The notes beneath the pieces are model-generated. The model searched no databases and was not told the origin of the DNA. It was given only the letters and a program-made list of their open reading frames with translations. Positions 38,301 through 47,033 of a stretch of 64,000 nt of DNA are shown here, piece by piece (positions within the stretch are counted from its first letter, which is position 1; every line of letters starts with the position of its first letter). This DNA is from a virus. Lineage: Duplodnaviria; Caudoviricetes. Where the stretch lies: positions 1,412 to 65,411 of the IMG/VR virus record IMGVR_UViG_3300027863_001757; one strand, given 5' to 3'. Position numbers and translations under genes: made by a program.

Positions 38301-39939
38301 GCATCACTATCTGTGATGTGGCGTCCTTGAGAGCTTGCTCTGCTTTCTTAAGCGCCTCCTGTTTTGCTGCGTCCAGAGCCTGCTGCTTGGCATTCTCAGC
38401 CATCTGCTGACCAGCGGACTTTTCCAGGGCTTTGACGAGCTGCTCCTTGTTCTTCAAGGGTGGAATGCCATGCTTTTGTTTCGCGGCCATCAGGGCCTTA
38501 CCGGCAAGACCGGAGTGATCCACACCCGGCTCAAGACCGTCCAGCATATCGATGACTTCGCTCTTGGTGAGGTTCAGCGACACGCCGTGCTGCTTGGCCA
38601 TATTCTTGAGCTGGACCATAGTAAGACCGGAGAGATCGGACTGAGGCGCGGCGTTCTTTGCGGCTTCCTCCAGGGCTTTCGCCTGTTTGAGCACCGCCTG
38701 CTTTTCGGCAAGGAGCTTCGCCAGTTCGTCTTTACTCCGCAGCGCCGCGATGTTGTATTGCTTGATCTTCGCCTGCAGCGCAGTTCCAGACAGATCGGCA
38801 TGATGGATTCCCGGTTCTGCCTGGTCGAGAAGTTTGATGAAGTCGGACTTGGTGCGGGCAACGGCGACGCCATTCTGTTTCGCCAGCGTCTGAAGCTGCT
38901 TCACGGTGAGCGTGGAAAGGTCGCCAATCTCGCCTGACTCGAACGCGCCCTTGAGCTTCTTCTCTTCTTCGATCTTCTGTTTTGCCTGAAGATCAATTGC
39001 CTGCGGAGGAAGAATGCATGCATTCTGACCAGGTGCAGCAGTAGCGCCAAGTTCTCCCCCACAGATAACCAGCGGCCAAGCCGGTAAAGACTGACACCGG
39101 CAGTTGGGATGCGCCGGGATGTTGGGGAATTTGTCAATGTCGAAGACCTTACCGTCCAGACCGCCGCAGACCGGGCACATCCGCTCGTCTTCCATCGCCA
39201 TCCATTCGAGCTTCTGCACGCCGACCTGCTGGTGAAACTTGATGCGGCCCTGGTTGTGAGCACGCAGGACTTCGGTGCGGGCGATCATCTCCATGCGATA
39301 CTGCGCTTTGGAGAACACCTTGCTTCCCGCATTGCGGAATGATTCCTTGTCCTCGACGACCTTGCCAAGATCGCGGACGATGTCATCAGCGCCTTTACCT
39401 GTAGCGATACCGGAGAGGATGGTGCGTTTGATGCCGTCTGAAAGCTCCCGATGCACATCGCCGGCAAGCACCATGTTGTAATTGGCCATGAAGTCGAGCG
39501 CGTCGGTATCTATAAGGGTGAAAACCGATGTGGTGAGCTTGTCAATTCCGTCCGGCGCAAGGTCACGGTAAAACGGCATCTGAGCAGCCGCGAACTCTCC
39601 GATGCCGTGATATACGCCGGATCGAAACGACGCGCGGGAAGCCTTGCGGAACATCAGGGTCTGGTCCCTCTTGAGCGTCTTCGTCACTTCGCCTATCTCC
39701 GCGTCCAGCTTCTCCAAACCCTTCACTGCGGCGAGCTTGTTATCGGGCAGCGAACCGAGGCTTTTATAGGCTAGGAGCGCCTTCCGCACCTGTTCCTGCG
39801 CGGTCTTCAGAGACAGCGTGAGTTCATGGGCAACCTGCTCGGAGTAGAGGTCACGGGCAAGAAGGCTCCTCTGCGTTGCTTCTCGGATCGCCTGAGCTTG
39901 AGAAGTGGTATCGGCGATTGCGCACATCGATGCGTGCAT
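35359..39939 (-). CDS. MuF/SPP1 gp7-type minor head protein with long C-terminal extension (HeH-like repeats, HipA/PI3K-like kinase, probable ART-like domain)
   Basis: IARTE...EDERMCPVCGGLDG...PAHPNCRC MuF core; repeats LT..QLK.LAKQ.G...TK.E.I..L; GGAHEK...WLFKP...DWLISNHDGHSKQF...GIDK kinase motifs. Start set at ATG 39939 after the portal stop. Confidence 0.85.
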   Translation of the reverse strand: MHASMCAIADTTSQAQAIREATQRSLLARDLYSEQVAHELTLSLKTAQEQVRKALLAYKSLGSLPDNKLAAVKGLEKLDAEIGEVTKTLKRDQTLMFRKASRASFRSGVYHGIGEFAAAQMPFYRDLAPDGIDKLTTSVFTLIDTDALDFMANYNMVLAGDVHRELSDGIKRTILSGIATGKGADDIVRDLGKVVEDKESFRNAGSKVFSKAQYRMEMIARTEVLRAHNQGRIKFHQQVGVQKLEWMAMEDERMCPVCGGLDGKVFDIDKFPNIPAHPNCRCQSLPAWPLVICGGELGATAAPGQNACILPPQAIDLQAKQKIEEEKKLKGAFESGEIGDLSTLTVKQLQTLAKQNGVAVARTKSDFIKLLDQAEPGIHHADLSGTALQAKIKQYNIAALRSKDELAKLLAEKQAVLKQAKALEEAAKNAAPQSDLSGLTMVQLKNMAKQHGVSLNLTKSEVIDMLDGLEPGVDHSGLAGKALMAAKQKHGIPPLKNKEQLVKALEKSAGQQMAENAKQQALDAAKQEALKKAEQALKDATSQIVMPSSPSQYSSFLDSVKAAEAELAKDSGLPTSVLQEHATEIAVKKLTFQQQVSAMKSGELKDLAKQTKIKHWQWSSKDELVTLFTETDPAKVSTAQASIEAKHAKWAEKHLGKSGKAAQPKAVPTSEPQVGPQPVTVATPNTFAKKTSEFDAADAAWAEKGKPEKFKYVSKAKVGGAHEKEFWLDENGDKWLFKPVGKSSDDFIAHGEEAAYKIGRLIDPDAMEVRTIQLNGRAGSIQRWRGGLAAKSDFSSFDITELSSDDIAQVQREHVIDWLISNHDGHSKQFLRAKDGKVCGIDKAQLFKFLGSDKLSIDYHPNGACGESEPFYNTLFRAAKQGKVTVDPSVTLRYIREVEKISDDDYLALIRPYVEGRFAGDELKKKAFYDLALARKHNMRSDFESFYSDILGKKGYKFEDIAEAQTVVRIGKAEEQIIEEARILGWQGKSLPIDEFDIEDQNALVFTETVKGKTRTVVKMKLRPESEAKILPALRKSSRQVSVVKVGEPLAEDEFADDILLAVKTVNYHSQDGNYNKSKVDKLNKHLPALKKLARSDDPDVREMATAYVDWIERTQEAARERKTVAGKFETYLRKSLPKKVESKDVDFAVRKTKVLMEKRTLTKGELSLEKESVGNNSMFRGRSMNDGEQYEVDFGDGVRAVYRPWSEKNHYAQRGELEIIIDERPDAKSLDRALGNIEKLGLKTNIADAEDAEIMYLTKQAYVTKADREPDYARMISGLDGRNATKTERIQAMRGFWEKRLGVSDITRMPGYDPIGEYQLGFRDAKIAGGYRHQYRFDISDADIEKQMKGYSLYHHLTNGESISEFLDTVIENNGAMISTVEKLRAGVMPGGMSPESDMNSGGASYVFTRIKKSPTAYSTDVGLYYKKRLLRRMDAVSYNHDAFGKVKDDYVSSNRGSDPATWKSFSRNSSNETIFKHSITLLDNLDSIVVHSNAEKSKVLDVFKKHGISTLPDGRKVEELIVGR

Positions 39940-39949
39940 TATCTTTGCC

Positions 39950-41542
39950 TCAACCTCTCTTGCGTCCGAAGAAGCGGCAAGTCGGGGAATCGAAAGTCGT
40001 CTCTGCCTGCGTGACTCCACAGCGGTTGTGCTCCTCGCCAAAATAGCCACAAGAGTCGCACATCTCGCCGACACCGGCGCTGGAGTATAGGGCTGCCTGC
40101 GATTGTCCGTCCGGGCGATTCTTTGCCGGATCGAGGCCGAGCATCTGCTGCGCGCTTTCGATACTCATTATTCCTGCCACGACCATATCCACAATGGGCT
40201 TGACTTGCTTTTCGTCGAGGAGATCGACTGACTTGTCCTCATGCTGCCGGTTGGCCGTTTCAGTATCCGGGTCGAGGTCCATTTTGAGCTGCAGAGACGA
40301 CCGACTTATGAGCTTGCGGTCGTATAACTCGATGAGGAGCTTCTTGAAATCGACGGCGTCTGTGGGATCGAGGTCGTTGAAGACGAACTGGACACTCTTT
40401 CCCTGGTGTCCCGCAATCTCAAGCCAGTCGCTGTATATCCAGTCGAGGATGGTGCGCGCGGCATGCTTTATCTCCCGGATCATGATGAGCATCTTCTGCA
40501 TCGACACTGATGCTGTCGCGAAGTTGGGGCCATCGCCGGCAACCAGAGACCGCGAGAGGCCGAGCGCAACGACTATGTCTTCCTTTACATCCTTGACTTT
40601 GTCCTCAGTGTTGAGAACCTGTCCCTCAGTGCCGTGAGTTTCGACGGTCACATAGAAAGGCACGACGAGGCCGCTCTTCATGTCCATCTTGTTGACCATG
40701 TCGCGAGTCTGTTCTAGCATCTTCTGGTCAGGCATCACCATCTTCTGGCCGAACGCGCCGCCGACCTTAATCAGCCTGAATGGCGTGGCCCAGCGTTTGG
40801 CAATCGCCTTCTCCGCGCGGCGATAGTCACGAAGTAACTCAATGGAGTCGAATGCTGGGAGGACAAGCGAGTTACCGCGAGGAGAGAACGCTGGCGCATC
40901 CCACTTGAGATGCAGAGTCTGTTCGACGGGCAACTTCAACCCGTCACCGACGGTCGGGCTGTCTTCTGGGAACTGCTGTACCTCTACAAGCTGTCCCTGG
41001 GCATATTTCACCTTGATGGATACCGGGTTTACACAAGTGACTTCCTCAAAGTCCTTGCCGTCTTTGGTATATCGTTTGAATCCGACTGCGTCACCCTTTA
41101 CGAGAAGTTGCAGGATCATATCTTTCACGAACTCAGAGATACCGAGCCTGTCGGACAGATCGTTTGCCTCCTGCTTTACGGTCTCATCGTCGCTTGTTAT
41201 CCTTATCTCATCGCCCACGGCAAATGTTCGCCAGGAGTTGACACAGTTCTTGACCAGAGGCTCCTCGACATAGTACTCCCAGGCTTTTTTCGCGCGCTCT
41301 TCCCAGGTCTTTGGAATAGCGCAGTGATCGGGATTGATGTGGGCAAACACAGCCGAATCCAGCATGGCCGCTGTCGCCATGGGAGATATGACTATGCCTT
41401 GTGCCTGTGTATCGTGTTCGTCGGGTATGGCTGCCTGGCTGGAATGTTTTCTTGAGCGTGACTTTCGACTGCAGTTTTCCACATTGACCTCTATGCGCAA
41501 TTCTGTCGCACCTGCATAGCGCGCCAGGAGGCACACATCCAC
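39950..41542 (-). CDS. Portal protein
   Basis: Located between terminase and MuF; YYVEEPLVKNCVN...LLVKGDAV...PRGNSL..PA...IVVALG pattern. Start uncertain (41542 or GTG 41483). Confidence 0.8.
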   Translation of the reverse strand: MDVCLLARYAGATELRIEVNVENCSRKSRSRKHSSQAAIPDEHDTQAQGIVISPMATAAMLDSAVFAHINPDHCAIPKTWEERAKKAWEYYVEEPLVKNCVNSWRTFAVGDEIRITSDDETVKQEANDLSDRLGISEFVKDMILQLLVKGDAVGFKRYTKDGKDFEEVTCVNPVSIKVKYAQGQLVEVQQFPEDSPTVGDGLKLPVEQTLHLKWDAPAFSPRGNSLVLPAFDSIELLRDYRRAEKAIAKRWATPFRLIKVGGAFGQKMVMPDQKMLEQTRDMVNKMDMKSGLVVPFYVTVETHGTEGQVLNTEDKVKDVKEDIVVALGLSRSLVAGDGPNFATASVSMQKMLIMIREIKHAARTILDWIYSDWLEIAGHQGKSVQFVFNDLDPTDAVDFKKLLIELYDRKLISRSSLQLKMDLDPDTETANRQHEDKSVDLLDEKQVKPIVDMVVAGIMSIESAQQMLGLDPAKNRPDGQSQAALYSSAGVGEMCDSCGYFGEEHNRCGVTQAETTFDSPTCRFFGRKRG

Positions 41543-41566
41543 GCGACATCGCGTGAAAGTGCCTCT

Positions 41567-41603
41567 ACTTAGTTATTTACTAGCAACTGCGCGCAAGTGT
41601 CGG
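41567..41603 (-). promoter_or_regulatory. Conserved 37-bp promoter-like motif, copy 3 (upstream of portal)
   Basis: CCGACACTT-N12-TAGTAAATAACTAAGT. Confidence 0.75.
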
Positions 41604-41866
41604 AACGATCTTCGCAGAAAGCGTCACTCTGGTAATGTCTCGAAAACTGAGTGCTACTTCTACGACTCTTGAAAGGCCGACTCGACAGGTGATTGTCACG
41701 CTCACCTCTTGTTCTTAGGCGTCAGTATTCGGGGCAATTAGGCCGGAAAGCCCGTCTTAAATACTGGTATTTGTCGAATCATATAAGTAGCATGAGCCGT
41801 GGCATGAACATCATGGCAGGGAAATGAAGCGAAGAAGCTCCTGACTAAAGCGCGGAGGCGGCAAGT

Positions 41867-42103
41867 ATGAAACACATCAAGACAGTATCGATCTATGCAG
41901 CAGGCGCTTTGGTGTCAGGAGTTGTCCTCAGATACATCGAATGGCCCGACTCTCTCTTCGCGTGCCTGTCGGTAATGATCGCGGCAGAGGTGATCAGCGC
42001 CATGCTGAGGATGTGCGACAGGCTCCTCGACCCGCCGCCAGCGATCTTCCTGGTATTCTGCCACCCGAAGAATAACTTTGGCCGATTTCCCCACATGCCT
42101 TGA
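41867..42103 (+). CDS. Small two-TM membrane protein (moron-like)
   Basis: GGAGG RBS; two hydrophobic helices; antisense between terL and portal. Confidence 0.55.
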   Translation: MKHIKTVSIYAAGALVSGVVLRYIEWPDSLFACLSVMIAAEVISAMLRMCDRLLDPPPAIFLVFCHPKNNFGRFPHMP

Positions 42104-42176
42104 CTTTGCCTGCCGACCAGAGCAAACATACCCCCCACGCTTCGGCGAAGACTTCAGGAAAGGGGGATAACGGATA

Positions 42177-42413
42177 ATGAAAGACCAGGCAGAGTACCAG
42201 AAAGCATTGGGCCAGGTAATCACAGCAAGGCGAGAGAAGCTCGGCTATAGCCGCGAGAAGTTTGCCAGAATCCTTGGGAAGGGAACAGACTATATTACCT
42301 CCCTGGAAGATGGCAATTACAACCACCTAAACCTTTCGGATATGATGACTATAGCCAGAGCACTGCAGCTTCCGCTTTCGACTCTTTTTGCGCTCGCAGA
42401 GTCCAATTGCTGA
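42177..42413 (+). CDS. XRE-family helix-turn-helix regulator
   Basis: LGQVITARREKLGYSREKFA...YITSLEDG...L...IARAL.LPLSTLF. Confidence 0.88.
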   Translation: MKDQAEYQKALGQVITARREKLGYSREKFARILGKGTDYITSLEDGNYNHLNLSDMMTIARALQLPLSTLFALAESNC

Positions 42414-42424
42414 TACAAACCGTA

Positions 42425-43951
42425 TCAAAAGAAGACTGGATCAGTCAGCACCGGGATGACGCAAACAGTCTCCTCGGTGATCTGATCCAGACTTCTCTGC
42501 TCTCGGACCAACATCGCGCAGCGCACGGCGTCGATGATGTGGTCGTTACCCTTGGAGTAGATCACGTTGCCGTTCGAGAGTGTGTAGGTATGCGTCGTAA
42601 GCTGGTCTTCTATCTCAAGATCATCGGCAGGCAATGCCATCTGCCTGCGCTGCAGCGCGCCGTTGATGAGGCTGGTCATCAGCTCCTTGGTGCGCTTCTT
42701 CACGTCCTGACCGTCGCGAACTGCGAGTGTGGTCATGCCACCGAAGTCGTATCCGTATAGTCTGCCTTCAAGCTGGATCTGCCTGTATTTGTCGAGCGTG
42801 AGCAGCTCCTGCACGACCGCCAGACCATTGCCGCCGTTGTCCACGCCTATGCCGACCGGCGTGAAGTACTTCTCCAGCAGAGAAATCGTCTGAGCTATGT
42901 GAGGGTAAGAGATGTGCTCCATGTGGATTCGCAGCACAAGCTTCAGAATAGAGCGCTCCCCGACCTCTATCTCCTGGAACACGACAATCTCGGTCGGATC
43001 GTTAGTGTAGCCAAGGTCGCCGCCTATCCAGAACATGCCGGTCTGGGGCATCAGGTTCAGAAGCATCTCCAGTCGGTCGTATGACTCCTCTTCTGTCGCA
43101 CAGTCGCGCATGTCCTCGCCACATATCGCAACCTTTAGGTACTCCGGCATCTCCTGGCGACAGAGATTCAGGTGCTCGATATTGAACGCACCATAGGAAG
43201 GCTTTCCGTGTTCGCCGGCGACTTCATGCTGCCAGCCTGCGGTGTCGTGCCCACCGTAGAACTCAAGAAGCTCGCGTTCGCGCTCCTCATTCCAGTCCGG
43301 GTTAATCCACGACGGCCACCTGAATACCCTGAACTGTGATGACATTGTCAGGCGGTAATAGGTGGTGTTCCGCAGGCCGTTGGGTGTGGAGTAGATGCGC
43401 AAGCGCCCCCCTGCCTTCAGGCACTGCCGAAGAGCCTTCCATGCCTTCTCCGTAAGCCACGCACCTTCATCGACCCACACACGCTCGACATGCAGCGACC
43501 TGAACGCGTCGCCGTAGACCCCAGCCGGTCGGAAGTAGAGCACCGCGCCGTTGGTGAACTCCAGCCTGAAGTAAGGCTTGCGGATTATCTTGGGCTTACC
43601 AAACTTTGTAAGGGCGACGCTCCTCATCAGTTCATCGTTGGATTCCAGTTGGAACTCTATCTCCTCGATCAGGGTGTCGAGGTGTCCCTGGTGCGGAGCA
43701 GCGATAAGTCCTTGGCCGCCGCGTGTGGTGAAGGCGAAGTGCATCGCATCTGTCGTGAGCACGCAACTCTTCCCGCAATCACGACCGTCGAGATGAATGA
43801 TATTACGCATCTCACACTTCAGGTCGTCAATCTGGTGCGGCCAATAGCCACGCGCGGAACCATCCCGATTGCGCAGATACTTCTCTCCCCACAACACCGG
43901 GTCCCTGAGCGACATCCCCAATCTTTCTTCTTCCGACGTTATCTCAACCAC
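42425..43951 (-). CDS. terL: Terminase large subunit
   Basis: GRDCGKS Walker A, RVWVDEG Walker B, YSTPNG motif III, GGDLG and DHIIDA RNase H-like nuclease motifs; GTG start behind GGAGGA. Confidence 0.9.
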   Translation of the reverse strand: MVEITSEEERLGMSLRDPVLWGEKYLRNRDGSARGYWPHQIDDLKCEMRNIIHLDGRDCGKSCVLTTDAMHFAFTTRGGQGLIAAPHQGHLDTLIEEIEFQLESNDELMRSVALTKFGKPKIIRKPYFRLEFTNGAVLYFRPAGVYGDAFRSLHVERVWVDEGAWLTEKAWKALRQCLKAGGRLRIYSTPNGLRNTTYYRLTMSSQFRVFRWPSWINPDWNEERERELLEFYGGHDTAGWQHEVAGEHGKPSYGAFNIEHLNLCRQEMPEYLKVAICGEDMRDCATEEESYDRLEMLLNLMPQTGMFWIGGDLGYTNDPTEIVVFQEIEVGERSILKLVLRIHMEHISYPHIAQTISLLEKYFTPVGIGVDNGGNGLAVVQELLTLDKYRQIQLEGRLYGYDFGGMTTLAVRDGQDVKKRTKELMTSLINGALQRRQMALPADDLEIEDQLTTHTYTLSNGNVIYSKGNDHIIDAVRCAMLVREQRSLDQITEETVCVIPVLTDPVFF

Positions 43952-44058
43952 GATTATTCCTCCGCATTTCCTTGCACATTCGAGGCAAGAACCCTTGACT
44001 TCACACGCGGTCCGAGTGATCAATGTGAACAACATACACAACCACTGGAGGTAGTGAA

Positions 44059-44454
44059 ATGACAGACAAGACACTGCACGAGGCTATTGAGGAACACATC
44101 GAGCACCTCAAGAGCCAGGGCAAGAGCGAGCGCACAATCTATACATACTCCAAGGACTTCGAGCAGGTCGAGGCATTCTTCAAGCCGGACAGGAAACTTC
44201 GCTCGATCCTCATCCCACACGTCGGGAGCTTCCTCAAGTCGGATACGCTCCTCAAAATGCGCGGCGACAAGGATCGGTCGGAGATCACGGTCAAGAAGAC
44301 CATCCGTGTCTTTCGCACGTTCCTTGTGTGGGCGAAGGAACAGGGCTACATCGACAAGCTCCCGCTGCCCAAGGACGTTCCGACAGGCCGCAGCCTCAAA
44401 GCACAACCGGAGGTGACCAGTGCCGAACCCGATCCGGATGCTGCAGCCGAGTAA
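44059..44454 (+). CDS. Stand-alone integrase N-terminal SAM-like (core-binding) domain protein
   Basis: AIEEHIEHLKSQGKSERTIYTYSKDF...FLVWAKEQGYI; no catalytic domain. Confidence 0.75.
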   Translation: MTDKTLHEAIEEHIEHLKSQGKSERTIYTYSKDFEQVEAFFKPDRKLRSILIPHVGSFLKSDTLLKMRGDKDRSEITVKKTIRVFRTFLVWAKEQGYIDKLPLPKDVPTGRSLKAQPEVTSAEPDPDAAAE

Positions 44455-45337
44455 CGATCTCGAACACGCGATAGACAACTTCGCGGTAAGGCTCCGGGCG
44501 CAAGGTCGCTCGGAGCTTACCATCTCCGCCTATACGCGTGACCTACGCTGCTTCGCCCGCGCACTGCCGGGCATAGATACTCATGACATCACACCAGCGA
44601 TGGTAGATGCGGCGATTACTGATCCCACGGTCACCTGTTCTGAGAACTGCGTGCCAAAATCGACTGCGACGATGTATCGGCTGAAGGCCGCTGTAAAATC
44701 GTTCTTCTCCTGGTGCGAAGAGAGCGGACTGACAAGCGGCAATCCTGCCAGATCGGTAAAGATGAAACGCCTCTCTCGGAAGCCTCCGAAATTCCTGAGC
44801 GAACCAGAGAAGCGCAGGCTCCTCAAGGAAGTCCGCGACCGTACAAGTCCACTTGCCCGCCGCGACCGGGTCATCTTCGAACTCTTCCTCGGGACCGGCA
44901 TACGCATAGCGGAACTTGTGAATCTCGACATCGATGACGTCGATCTCGACGGCAAGCACATATACATCACAGGCAAGGGTGGCATTCCACAGGCCAAATT
45001 CCTCAACTCATCCCTGCGGACACTTCTGCGCAGCTATCTCAAAGAGCGCCGACGCCTGGCAGATACCGAGGTTACCGCGCTATTCGTCTCGTCTCAAGGA
45101 ACGAGACTCTGCTGCAGGCAAATCGCCAAGCGACTTACCTACTGGCTCGCCAAGGCTGGAATCCAGAAGAACATCACGCCGCACGGACTGCGACATACGT
45201 TCGCGACGCACCTCTACACCGCCACCTCCGATCTGCTGCTCGTTAAGCGCGCCCTCATTCACCGCGACGTCTCCACCACTGAAATCTACACCCACGTTGC
45301 AGACGAACAACTTGAGGATGCACTGGAACGCATCTGA
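44420..45337 (+). CDS. XerC/XerD-like tyrosine recombinase
   Basis: RDRVIFELFLGTGIRIAEL, GKGG, TPHGLRHTFATHL, IH..VSTTEIYTH: R-K-H-R-H-Y catalytic set present. Confidence 0.92.
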   Translation: MPNPIRMLQPSNDLEHAIDNFAVRLRAQGRSELTISAYTRDLRCFARALPGIDTHDITPAMVDAAITDPTVTCSENCVPKSTATMYRLKAAVKSFFSWCEESGLTSGNPARSVKMKRLSRKPPKFLSEPEKRRLLKEVRDRTSPLARRDRVIFELFLGTGIRIAELVNLDIDDVDLDGKHIYITGKGGIPQAKFLNSSLRTLLRSYLKERRRLADTEVTALFVSSQGTRLCCRQIAKRLTYWLAKAGIQKNITPHGLRHTFATHLYTATSDLLLVKRALIHRDVSTTEIYTHVADEQLEDALERI

Positions 45338-45349
45338 TCCAACTGCGCT

Positions 45350-45385
45350 GCTGGGGAAAGGAACACTTGCCAGCCTTTCCCCAGC
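45350..45385. terminator. Perfect 12-bp hairpin between convergent xer-like and terS genes
   Basis: GCTGGGGAAAGG-N12-CCTTTCCCCAGC; no clear U-tract. Confidence 0.5.
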
Positions 45386-45434
45386 CACCACTTCCCGCAG
45401 GCATTGTCGCGGCTACAGTCGAAGAGCATGTCAG

Positions 45435-45462
45435 AGTGCGGATAACAGGTATTATCTGAACT
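45435..45462 (+). other. dif-like 28-bp Xer recombination site
   Basis: AGTGCGGATAA-CAGGTA-TTATCTGAACT versus E. coli dif GGTGCGCATAA-TGTATA-TTATGTTAAAT (9/11 and 8/11 arm matches, 6-bp spacer); about 100 bp after the recombinase gene. Confidence 0.65.
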
Positions 45463-45536
45463 CCGACTCCATATCGGCCTGAAACCCACGCGTGGATTCA
45501 GCCGATCTCCCGAAGCCTCGTCGGTGTTATCTGAAC

Positions 45537-46049
45537 TTATTCCTGCGTTTTCTCCGGCTCAGCCTCTGATTCAGCCTTTGCCTTCTCAGCCTCAGCCAGT
45601 TTCTCCAAAAGCGCCGTTGCCCATTCCGCCGGCGTCGTTTGCGACTCGATAGGCTCCGTTCCCTCGCGGGTGAGCTTGGTCGTCTTGAGATCCTTCATGT
45701 GACACCGGATCATCCGGTCGAGCCTCTCGGCAGCTTCCCAGTCGCCAGCTTCCTGCGCGCGGCCCAGCTTCAGGAAGTAGACCGCCACCAGTTCCACCTG
45801 GATAAAGTCAGAGCTTTTGTTGAACACAAAATCCTCGTGAAGCTGTGCTATGATAGCATCGAAGATGGGCTTCTCCTCCGGCGTAAGGAACCTGTTGGCG
45901 TATATCCCGTGCTGCAGGTTGTTCGTATTGCCTGGTTGCCCACCTCGACTGCGGTCCGCGCCGGAGTTTCTACGCCACTGATCCAGTTCCTCAGCGTCGC
46001 GTTCACCTATCTTCGGCAGTTGCTCAATCGATGTGTTCTCGTTCGTCAT
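45537..46049 (-). CDS. terS: Terminase small subunit (probable)
   Basis: GGQPGNTNNLQHGIY motif typical of small terminases; upstream of terL apart from the Xer cassette. Confidence 0.7.
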   Translation of the reverse strand: MTNENTSIEQLPKIGERDAEELDQWRRNSGADRSRGGQPGNTNNLQHGIYANRFLTPEEKPIFDAIIAQLHEDFVFNKSSDFIQVELVAVYFLKLGRAQEAGDWEAAERLDRMIRCHMKDLKTTKLTREGTEPIESQTTPAEWATALLEKLAEAEKAKAESEAEPEKTQE

Positions 46050-46106
46050 AGTCTTCCTTCAATCGACCCGGCAAGTCGGAGTTGGGCGGGAGAGGCGTTT
46101 CGCGCC

Positions 46107-47033
46107 TCATTTTGTGCCTGTCGCGGCCGTAAACAATGTATTTTGACCATCAATTATGGATAGCGGTTTTGCTGTGGTCGCTCCAAATGGGTCATCATCT
46201 GCGGGCACCACTTTGCCGCCGAACACTCGCTTGACCTCATGAATCTGCTTCACGGCTTCCGGTGATGAGCCAATCATCAGCTTCAGTTCGTCCATAGTGA
46301 ACTTCACCTTATCAGCCCATTTTGCGGGAACGACAACCGAGTCTTCGCGGACAAATACTACAATGTCCTCGATAATCGACGACCTAATGCCTGCGTAACC
46401 TCGGGTGGCAAGCGCGTGTTCCAACCTGTGCGCATGGTCGGATTGTGCCGTCGAGTTGCTGGACAATGCTTGCTGCAACTGATGTGCATTCCATGCATCG
46501 TCCCAGGTCTTCCGGTAAGCAGCGAAAGTCTGCTCGGACGGTGGTGCGTAAGACTTGACATTCGTCGTCCTTACAGCCTGCCTGAGAGCATCATGACCAA
46601 TATACCGGATCGCCCAGTTGTGAATGACGTTGAATCGCGCTCGGAGCGTATCAAATGTTGCATCATCGAGCCGACCGGTTTCGTGCGACTTACGGGCATT
46701 TTCCATCCGATGTCGCAGCCAGGCGTAGTATGATGCATCCAGCATCCGATAGACCGGCTCGCAGTCCAGTTCGTAGCCGAATCTGGGATCATGCTCCTCG
46801 AATGAATCTAGATCAATCGCAACCCAGAGGATATGATAATCCGGCACGACTTCAGCGGATGGATCAGCAGAACCTTGCGAAGCCATGATCTCGGTGACGA
46901 GTTCCTCCCTATGCTCGCGGACCAATCGCCGAATATCATCAGTGATAAGCCAGTCCGGTTCCAGCCTGAGCTTACTGTCCGGCTGTATGCTCGCCCTTAG
47001 CGCGTTCTTTGTCAGTATCTCAAGGTAAGCCAT
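46107..47033 (-). CDS. Hypothetical protein following primase (N-terminal TubC_N-like segment)
   Basis: Start MAYLEILTKN coupled to the primase stop (TGATG); LRLEP...IRRLVREHREELV pattern. Confidence 0.65.
   Translation of the reverse strand: MAYLEILTKNALRASIQPDSKLRLEPDWLITDDIRRLVREHREELVTEIMASQGSADPSAEVVPDYHILWVAIDLDSFEEHDPRFGYELDCEPVYRMLDASYYAWLRHRMENARKSHETGRLDDATFDTLRARFNVIHNWAIRYIGHDALRQAVRTTNVKSYAPPSEQTFAAYRKTWDDAWNAHQLQQALSSNSTAQSDHAHRLEHALATRGYAGIRSSIIEDIVVFVREDSVVVPAKWADKVKFTMDELKLMIGSSPEAVKQIHEVKRVFGGKVVPADDDPFGATTAKPLSIIDGQNTLFTAATGTK

Noticed and set aside
39940-40074. N-terminal extension of MuF given by the ORF track (and similar extensions at 28004-28132, 43952-44074, 55907-56062, 59523-59687)
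   Set aside because: They overlap upstream genes; downstream starts with RBS or stop-start coupling fit better.
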